A DNA stretch of 64,000 bases from Barthelona sp. PCE (taxonomy: Eukaryota). This document shows, piece by piece, positions 42,786 to 50,893 of this stretch. A program made the translations under genes and the position numbers. The notes below the pieces were generated by a model. That model had not been told where the DNA came from. It saw only the letters and a program-made list of their open reading frames with translations, and ran no database searches. Every line of letters starts with the position of its first letter. Position 1 is the stretch's first letter. The stretch is from assembly GCA_040285745.1 (NCBI GenBank), contig JAUFOR010000001.1, positions 1,054,001-1,118,000 of the forward strand, read 5' to 3'.

Positions 42786-42995
42786 CAGAGATGTGAAATG
42801 TGATAGAGAAGGGCGAGAAATATTCAAACACTTTTTGTGGATAACAGAATGTTTTTAAGATGCCAAATAGTGAATTGTACCAATATGAACCCCTCTTTCA
42901 AGATGAATCTTTTTGTATACCGATCGTATTCAAATTTATCTACCCTTTTCTACCCTTTTCAGTTTTTCAACTCTTTTGAACATCAAAGCACAAAC

Positions 42996-43532
42996 ATGGG
43001 ACTATTGTCAATCATCCGCGCTCTTCGTAGATCAAATAGCGAGTTCAAGCTTCTCGTTTTAGGTTTGGATAATTCTGGTAAAACAACTATTTTAACAGCT
43101 TTAGCAGAAGATCCCATCTCACACATCATGCCCACACAAGGTTTTAACATGAAATCTATTCAACAAGATAATATTCGATTGAATATGTGGGATATTGGTG
43201 GTCAAGAAACAATTCGTGAACATTGGAGCACATATTACAACAACACCGATTGTTTAATCTTTGTTATTGATGCAGCAGATCGCAGAAGACTGGAAGAAGC
43301 AGGTTATGAATTATCTTTGTTGTTACGTGAAGATGCTTTAGTTGGTAAACCTCTGCTTATCTGGGCTAACAAACAGGACCTACTGCAGGCTCTTCCCTCA
43401 GATGACATCACACAGCTTTTGAAATTACATCGCATAAGAGATCGTCAATGGCAAATTTTTGGATGTAGTGCAAAGAATGGTACAGGCCTGTCCGAAGGTT
43501 TGACCTGGGTCAGAGGTACTATGAAACAATAG
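42996..43532 (+). CDS. ARL3: Arf-like GTPase 3 (ciliary)
   Basis: MGLLSIIR start, LLVLGLDNSGKTT, HIMPTQGFNMKSI, WDIGGQ, ANKQDL and LHRIRDRQWQIFGCSA. Confidence 0.9.
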   Translation: MGLLSIIRALRRSNSEFKLLVLGLDNSGKTTILTALAEDPISHIMPTQGFNMKSIQQDNIRLNMWDIGGQETIREHWSTYYNNTDCLIFVIDAADRRRLEEAGYELSLLLREDALVGKPLLIWANKQDLLQALPSDDITQLLKLHRIRDRQWQIFGCSAKNGTGLSEGLTWVRGTMKQ

Positions 43533-43723
43533 AGATTTAGTGTAAACAAAATGAAATGCTTTTTTTTTTAGTGTATAATGATATTTATGGATGATAATAT
43601 TAACACAGTTGAATAAATTCATGAATATTTCGCTTTTTGCCTTCTGAAAAAGATAAGAACGAGTTTAAAATACTGTTTTTCCGGTTTTATCTTTTTTCAC
43701 AACGAGAAATTGCTCTTCCACAG

Positions 43724-44889
43724 ATGTTTCTCGAGCAAAAGGGGTTTCGCACCATTAAACAGCTCGGTCGTGGTTCATTTGGAACCGTTATGAAGATCCA
43801 ACGCATTAGCGACGGAAAAGTATGTTCAATATCCTTCATTGTTGTTCTAACATTAAGTTTTTTGCTTGCAAGGTTGTCAACTACTGCGAAATGAGCGAGA
43901 AAGAGAAGCGCTACCTTGTTGCAGAGGTAAATCTGTTGCGCACTTGTAAGCATCAGAATATTGTAACATATGAAGAACGTTTTGTCTCCAAGGAGGACCA
44001 TAAAATATACCTTCTGATGGAATTATGTGAACGCGGTGATTTAGGAGATCTTATTAAAAAATGTTTAGAACGTAGACGTAGCATTCGTGAATCCATAGTT
44101 TGGGATTATTTCGCACAGATCACAGCAGCTTTGAACTACTGTCACACACATGAAGGAGGACAAATTCTTCATAGAGATGTTAAACCACAAAATGTTTTTG
44201 TAGGTGGTGGTGATATGTGCATAAAATTAGGTGACTTTGGTTTAGCCAGATATCTGAATGAGAATTCTGTTGCTAGAACTAACGTTGGTACACCTCTATA
44301 CATGTCTCCTGAACAGTTAGATGGAGGAGGTTACGGAACGAAAACTGATATTTGGGCTTTAGGTTGTACCATATATGAATTATGTACATTACGCCCACCT
44401 TTCCCTGCTAGGAACCAAGGAGCTCTCACGCGAATGATTTTGAGGGGAAAATTTGAGCCCATCGGTTCACAGTATTCAAACAACCTATCATCATTGATTT
44501 ACAGTATGTTGAGTACTAGGCCACGTGACCGTCCTAATTGTGAGGATATCTTAGCAAATCCGTTTATTCAAAATTCATTAAAGAAATTTGATTTGGTATC
44601 TGATACTTCAGCAAAAAGTGAAAATCAACGTCGTAATGAAAAAGTAATGCCAAGAAACATAGAAAATGAGTTAAGGGAACGGGAACGTTTATTAAACAGA
44701 AGAGAAAAAGAATTATTGCAAAAAGAAAAAGAATTGCTTCAAAAAGAAAGAGAACTTAATCAAAGAGAAGAATCTATTAATCTAAAAGAAGCGCGTATGC
44801 GTTCTGTATCACGTGAAGCTCCTCCAAGAATGTCTTTTGGAAGGAAAAAAGCTAGTTATGGACTGAACAGAATGGGGTTTAAACAATAG
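43724..44889 (+). CDS. NIMA-related kinase (NEK2/NimA-like) with a C-terminal coiled coil; exons 43724-43819 and 43858-44889
   Basis: Spliced GRGSFGTV...FACK, LVAEVNLL, HRDVKPQN, KLGDFGLAR, VGTPLYMSPE, DIWALGC. Confidence 0.93.
43820..43857 (+). other. Spliceosomal intron, 38 nt, phase 0
   Basis: GTATGT...TCTAACATTAAG; removal joins the Gly-rich loop to the catalytic Lys strand. Confidence 0.93.
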
Positions 44890-45005
44890 AAAAAGATTGA
44901 AAAAAAAAAAATAGTCGCTTCAGTATTGGACAGTATTGATTGGATCATTCTGCATACAATAAATAAACATCAATTTTTTATGTATTTAGAGATTTAATAA
45001 ATACA

Positions 45006-45929
45006 CTACAGAAAAAAGTGTTCAATTAGATACTTGGGTGCCATTTCCGGTTCAACCAGTGATCCAACTTCAGGTCTAGCCTCAAATATATTAAAAAACA
45101 TCTTTCCTGTATCATCCACTTCGCAAACACTTGCTAAATTATCCAACCGACCGCAATAATTAGGAGCTGACCAAACAGTGACCAATGTCTCATCAAAATC
45201 AGTTCTATAACCCTCTGCACATAATTGATGTGCTCTAAAAACTTTGTTTATATCATTACGGTGTAAAAACGTGTTAAACACATCAGCACCAAACAAATAA
45301 CCAGCACCTCTCTTACTTTTTTGAAAACCTTCTATATGAGCGACTGGATCACTCCATACCACATCACTTAATAATCCATCCGTTGGTAATTCTCTGAAAC
45401 GATTCCAAATAGACATTTGATCAATAAATTGAGCGTCTGGAGATATACCACCGTGTAGACAAAGACAACATCCTTCAATAATTGCAAAAAAAGGGAGATG
45501 CATAAAAACATTTAAAAATTCTCTATAGGGTAATAATGTTGCATATTTCGTAAGACACTCCTGTTTAAAGCCGTAGTTTTGTGTTACTGATCGAGATTCA
45601 TGATTACCACGTAGTAATACAACTCGTTGAGGATACAAAACCTTTAAAACAAATAATAAGCATGCTACTTCGACTGAATATGCGCCTCGATCTACATAAT
45701 CACCCAGAAATATGTATGAAGTGTGTGGTGGCCAACCACAAACATCAAACATTTCCAATAAATCGTTGAGTTGCCCGTGAATATCCCCTACAATTGAAAC
45801 AGGCATTTTAACGTCCACGATATTCTCATCTTTGAGCAGGACTTCAACGGTCTTCTTTGTAAGTGTGCAAACGTCTGGTAAAGAGAGTTTCTTTCCTGTT
45901 TTTAACTGTTCCAACCACTTATGGAACAT
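45006..45929 (-). CDS. PPP Ser/Thr phosphatase catalytic subunit, PP2A/PP4/PP6 group (Ppg1-like)
   Basis: GDIHGQ, GDYVDRG, RGNHE, HGGISP, WSDP, RAHQLC, TVWSAPNYC; C-terminal FFL. Confidence 0.93.
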   Translation of the reverse strand: MFHKWLEQLKTGKKLSLPDVCTLTKKTVEVLLKDENIVDVKMPVSIVGDIHGQLNDLLEMFDVCGWPPHTSYIFLGDYVDRGAYSVEVACLLFVLKVLYPQRVVLLRGNHESRSVTQNYGFKQECLTKYATLLPYREFLNVFMHLPFFAIIEGCCLCLHGGISPDAQFIDQMSIWNRFRELPTDGLLSDVVWSDPVAHIEGFQKSKRGAGYLFGADVFNTFLHRNDINKVFRAHQLCAEGYRTDFDETLVTVWSAPNYCGRLDNLASVCEVDDTGKMFFNIFEARPEVGSLVEPEMAPKYLIEHFFL

Positions 45930-45948
45930 TAGCGGGTATTTTGTATGT

Positions 45949-46066
45949 GCAACCGCAGTGAAAATGAAGATATGATTGAAAACAGCTTTACTTTTTGTTT
46001 CTTGCGTTCCGTACAGTTAAACGGATTTATGATGATTATACATCTATTACCAGCTGATGCGGTTGC
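45949..46066 (+). ncRNA. Candidate box C/D RNA closed by a 9-bp inverted repeat
   Basis: GCAACCGCA (45949-45957) and TGCGGTTGC (46058-46066) flank ATGAAGA (45964), ATGATGA (46029) and CTGA (46054-46057, directly against the 3' arm). Confidence 0.42.
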
Positions 46067-46280
46067 TTTACAGATGAGTATTACAAGTGTAAAAATTGAA
46101 TGTTAAGACCAGAATTGGATATTCATTTTAACGTTCAAATGCACATAAATAAGATTTACAGGATGTGCGTAAAGTATGAGCTCTGAATCATGACTAAATG
46201 TTACAAGTTAAGTTTGCTTTTCTTTTCATTCCTTACAGCATGTAAGTCCTTTAAGTTCTTTCAAAACTCACACCAACATC

Positions 46281-48158
46281 ATGCCTCGACTGAACCCCCA
46301 CATTAGTTCCAGCACTGGCGTTGTTCACCAAACACACCCAAATTTTGTACTTTTCGAACCTCACGGATACGTTCCTCCATCCAGAGACACCACATTTTTA
46401 ATTGCACCAGACACAAAAAACCGTATCAAACTGCCCAAATCAAGTTATTTGGTTAGAACCTGTACTTTCAGTAATATGATACATGATAGTCCTCCTCGCA
46501 GGGAAGAATCACGTATTTCTCTATATAAGCTCGATAATGGGATTTTCCAAGAGGTAAAGCAGTTGAATATTGAAAGATATTGTGATATTCATTATTCAAC
46601 CGTTACTATTTTGAATGATCGGTTCACCATTTTTTTTGCTAGACATTGTTTTGTTGTGGACTTTTTAACAGGAAGTGTAGTAAGAAATGATTATGACATC
46701 ATTAAGCGATCTGATTTGATTTTTACTAACGGAACAGACTACTTAACTCCTATCATTATCAACGACTTGGTAGAATTTATTACTATACAGGTGCCCTATA
46801 CTTCGACTATGAAAATTGTGAAGATTATTAACGCTGATATTCTAACAGTGATGTTTATCAGCTCTGAATGTATATATTTAGTGACGATTATGGACGGGAT
46901 AGCGCACGTAGAGCAGGAATTTGTACACTTTGAGTTTGAATCCGATCCTTCTGAGGCATTCATTATTGATGATGTTTATTACTTTTTTATGCCTAATTTG
47001 CATAGAATTGTTGGGTATAAATATGAAGGTCAGTTCGCATATCGCCATGTCGAGGTTTCTCATACAATGTTCAACAATGTGATATGCTTAAATGGAATAC
47101 TGTATCTTGTTTTTTATGATTACATGTTCCCATTTGAAATACATAACAATTTTAGAGGGTACGGTGTTCTAAAAGACATGCCTTTTAAGGTGAAACATTT
47201 TAGATTCATTTCAAAAATTACACCAGTAATGGTTTCTGACCAGCACGTTTTATTCCTTGACATCTTCCGTTCTTCTCCTTGTTGCTTTATCCATGGAGCT
47301 TCAGAAGGGAATGACAGGGTGTTAGTGATTTCAAACTCTTTGTTCAAACACAATGAAATAGTGTACACCCACCTTTATCATGATGGGTCGAAGTACGAAG
47401 CATACGAAGATAAAGAATTTTGTCAACAATTAGAAGAGGAAATGCCCGAATACTTGGAAGCATGCTACACATCGAAAAACTTTGTACGTTTAAAGGATGG
47501 TCACTATCCCATAATGCAAGTAGGTTCGGATGAGATTGAGGGTGTTATTCGATCAAATAATTGGTTCGAAACGATGCCTGTCAACGATGTCATGTGGTGT
47601 GCTGGTTCAAGTGAAGTTGGCCTCGTGATTTTTAACGACAATGGTAAGTTGAGTAGATTTCGATCGTTTGAAACCGTCGAAGATATGTACACTGATGTTG
47701 CACCCAACCAGTACAATCCAATGATGGCGGTCATACCCAAGGATGAACATATAGATCTCGTTGTGTATGATGAAGTTGAAGATAAATTCTCACACCTTTT
47801 TGTAAGAGAAGGTTATGCCAAAACTGGTGCTTTTACATTCATTGATACTGATGTTTTTTTGTATATTGACATGTTATATCGTGTTAACAGCGATGGAGTT
47901 GAGAGAATTGATTTAAAACTACCCTGGGACATGAAGTACACATATTATGTTACTTATTTATCAGTCGAAAGAGGAACCATAACGCGATTAAGCACGTGGT
48001 TGGACGGATACGACATAACATTTGATGTTTTATCATTTAACCATGATTATTCAAGCTATGTTGTTGAGCAAAAACGAGTCAATGTTCTTGAACTGATTTT
48101 ACAACAATGTGAGTTCTTTCCTGTTTCTTCTATAGGCATAAAAAATAAGATCTACTGA
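46281..48158 (+). CDS. Uncharacterised beta-rich protein, 'MPR-start' paralog family
   Basis: 625 aa, MPRLNP start; collinear motifs with the 5262-7085 gene. Confidence 0.82.
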   Translation: MPRLNPHISSSTGVVHQTHPNFVLFEPHGYVPPSRDTTFLIAPDTKNRIKLPKSSYLVRTCTFSNMIHDSPPRREESRISLYKLDNGIFQEVKQLNIERYCDIHYSTVTILNDRFTIFFARHCFVVDFLTGSVVRNDYDIIKRSDLIFTNGTDYLTPIIINDLVEFITIQVPYTSTMKIVKIINADILTVMFISSECIYLVTIMDGIAHVEQEFVHFEFESDPSEAFIIDDVYYFFMPNLHRIVGYKYEGQFAYRHVEVSHTMFNNVICLNGILYLVFYDYMFPFEIHNNFRGYGVLKDMPFKVKHFRFISKITPVMVSDQHVLFLDIFRSSPCCFIHGASEGNDRVLVISNSLFKHNEIVYTHLYHDGSKYEAYEDKEFCQQLEEEMPEYLEACYTSKNFVRLKDGHYPIMQVGSDEIEGVIRSNNWFETMPVNDVMWCAGSSEVGLVIFNDNGKLSRFRSFETVEDMYTDVAPNQYNPMMAVIPKDEHIDLVVYDEVEDKFSHLFVREGYAKTGAFTFIDTDVFLYIDMLYRVNSDGVERIDLKLPWDMKYTYYVTYLSVERGTITRLSTWLDGYDITFDVLSFNHDYSSYVVEQKRVNVLELILQQCEFFPVSSIGIKNKIY

Positions 48159-48946
48159 AGTTTCGATCTTTTATCGGAAAAATCTGAGAATATCTTCAAA
48201 AATTTGCTGAAAAAGGTTCCAGTTCAGATTCGTAATTGAAGCAGCTGGCACCAATTTCAGTGATGGTGATAGTAAAACCTACCTTTGGAAACTGGGATTG
48301 ACTGAAATGGAAACCCTGCTTGACCAAAAAGATAGATATTTTGTTAATGTTTCTTATACACAGCGCATAATCACCATTTTATACTTGAAATTAAGCCTTA
48401 AATGTAAAAAACACCTTCTCAAAATTGTCAACAAAAATATCCTCCCAATAACATGATACAAACACATAAATTATCAAAAGAAATGAAAAAATTAGTATCA
48501 CAGATCAGGAAGACACCAGGAATATAGTAAAATCCTGATGAACCTACATTTCATATAAGTAACCTTCTGAGTTCGTCTGCAGTTTTATTACTATAACTCT
48601 AGATGCTAAATGCAAGGGAGATCTTTGTGGCTTCATCGCTTGAATGATTCGAAACTCTTGAATTCTTCTATCGCGTATGGGCTCATAGTAACAGTTTTAT
48701 TCATAATAATTATCATTTTTAAGTTGAACTTTGTTTGAAGTTCACAGTTTCAGTGTGTAAATAGTAGATACTGCAAAAAGTTCAGGATAGTAAAATATTT
48801 CTTACATATTCATCTTCAGCACTGAGTGGCGGTATGATTTCAGATGTGGCAGATCATAGTCAAAAGGTTTTCTGCTGTATCATGCACTTAAAAATTGAGA
48901 TCAAAAAATTGTTAAAACTCATTGGAAATTAATTTGTTTTACTGGA

Positions 48947-50698
48947 TTAAACATTCAACAAGAATGTGTCCCTCTTACTTGAGATAACCTTTCCAGCCAC
49001 GTCTGGCCCAAAACAGACACTCAATGATTGTCGATCATATTTTGATGCCAAAACTATCACTGTTCCACCATCTTTCTCAAAGAACTGACAATATTCCTGA
49101 AAATAAAGTCCATCCTTAGGGGGTGACAACAAAACGATGCATTGTGGTCCTCTGATTCTGTATCTATGATAAAAATGAAAACGAGTAGTTGTTAATAATA
49201 ATGGTAATTTCCCATCATAAAACAAATGACGAACATCACCAATTTCTTGGAGAGGAGAATATTCATTAACAACTTCAAATTCAATAATTTCTTGATTCAT
49301 TTTTCGTCTCAACTGGACAAATTCAAAATAATCTGAAGCAACAATTAGAACACGTTCAAAAGATGATCTGATGTGCTCTAAAACGTACTTCATAAAGTAC
49401 TGTTGTCTTGCTTCACTTACTTCCTTCAAATTAGGTGTTGTGAAACGTTGAATCTTAAAAGCCAAAGAAGATAAGCCTAAAGCTCGAACACGAGTTAAAC
49501 CGTACGGCATATTCCTTTTAATTGTCATCTGGCCCATGTGACTTTGTGCGTTAGAACGGAACATACCCTTTAACAAAGGAAATGTACATGAACTAAGACA
49601 AACTAACTGACAATGCTTTTTTATCTCATCTGTAATGAAATACTCCCGCAAACGCATCAAGTCAAAACCAGCAGGCGGGTCATCGGGTGCAGTACACGAC
49701 ATACTCATAACCTGAGTCAGATGAGCCCAGTTCTGGTTATACATAAAGTGACACTGATCGCAAACAATCATATTTAAAGAAGATAAAAATGTTAAAGGTT
49801 CGCGTTCAGCAGCCTTTACCAGACCCAGTGGTGAACAAATAAATATATCTGCTTCTGAATTGGTGGCAAATAATTTTAAACGCATTCCAGGTGATGATTC
49901 TGAAAATCCTTCAACCTTAATACCCATAATAAAACTATCATCCCTGTTACCAGCAAAGTATTTCCTGTAGTCTGCTGGTTTCCTGGACATATCTGTTTCT
50001 GTTTCTCCAGTAAATTGTTGCCTAAATTTCTTATGTGCTATTACTGACTTTAATCGAGGAGTTACTTTTGATAGGGCCTCGATCCAAAGCAGACCCTGAT
50101 GCCTAGTTGTTGTTAACAATAAAACTGAACAACGAGCATATCCTTGATCTCTTAGCTCCAAATCTACCTTTGATTCAGCGATCTTATTGGAGTTATCTAG
50201 CACCAAGTCTCTTGATCGAAGCACATGGTTCATTATATGAATTGATAATGCCACTCTATCATGTTTTAGATCTGAAACAGAACGTTGTGGAACCAATAAA
50301 TCGTTGTACTTGGTTAAGCCTGCAAGTATGAGACGCGTACGTTCGTTTTCCAGTACTGTTTTATCCAAAGATCGTTGTAATCTCCAAGAAAATGTAGGAT
50401 TAGCTAGTTTGTCTTCTATGTCTGATTTATGGGGTGGGATGGTCCCTGTGACGCTAAAATCTTCATTCATCAGAAAACCAGCCTGTTTATCACTTGGATT
50501 GCCTTCTTTGTTGAGAAAAATGTCAAAATAATCATTTTCATCAACTTCTGTCCCTTGGTTGAGAAGTTCGCCCACGGATTGCGTAATCTGCAGTTCAACC
50601 TCCACTCTCTGAACTTTCTTTGGAGGTTCTGTAGTTTTTGGGGTGCTAGACTTGCGATATTTACTCAATGAGTTGAGGAATATCGATGATTTCTTCAT
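48947..50698 (-). CDS. UTP25: U3 snoRNA-associated protein 25
   Basis: LRDQGYAR, FAGNRDDSFIMGIK, ADIFICSPLGL, FLSSL...NQNWAH, SDYFEFVQLR and RFHFYHRYRIRG. First in-frame ATG at 50698. Confidence 0.93.
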   Translation of the reverse strand: MKKSSIFLNSLSKYRKSSTPKTTEPPKKVQRVEVELQITQSVGELLNQGTEVDENDYFDIFLNKEGNPSDKQAGFLMNEDFSVTGTIPPHKSDIEDKLANPTFSWRLQRSLDKTVLENERTRLILAGLTKYNDLLVPQRSVSDLKHDRVALSIHIMNHVLRSRDLVLDNSNKIAESKVDLELRDQGYARCSVLLLTTTRHQGLLWIEALSKVTPRLKSVIAHKKFRQQFTGETETDMSRKPADYRKYFAGNRDDSFIMGIKVEGFSESSPGMRLKLFATNSEADIFICSPLGLVKAAEREPLTFLSSLNMIVCDQCHFMYNQNWAHLTQVMSMSCTAPDDPPAGFDLMRLREYFITDEIKKHCQLVCLSSCTFPLLKGMFRSNAQSHMGQMTIKRNMPYGLTRVRALGLSSLAFKIQRFTTPNLKEVSEARQQYFMKYVLEHIRSSFERVLIVASDYFEFVQLRRKMNQEIIEFEVVNEYSPLQEIGDVRHLFYDGKLPLLLTTTRFHFYHRYRIRGPQCIVLLSPPKDGLYFQEYCQFFEKDGGTVIVLASKYDRQSLSVCFGPDVAGKVISSKRDTFLLNV

Positions 50699-50893
50699 AA
50701 AGCCCGTAAACAAATGGAAATGCTGTATAAATCGAACACAAGCACAAAATTATTTGTTTTCTTTGAAGAGAATTTTTCTTGCATTAGACTTGTGGGTACG
50801 GTCCTTGTACCCATGGACATGTAAAAGTGGATTCACGAACTACAAAGAATCGCAGAATAGAGTGACTACTTCTTTTTGTTCCTTTTCATCTCT

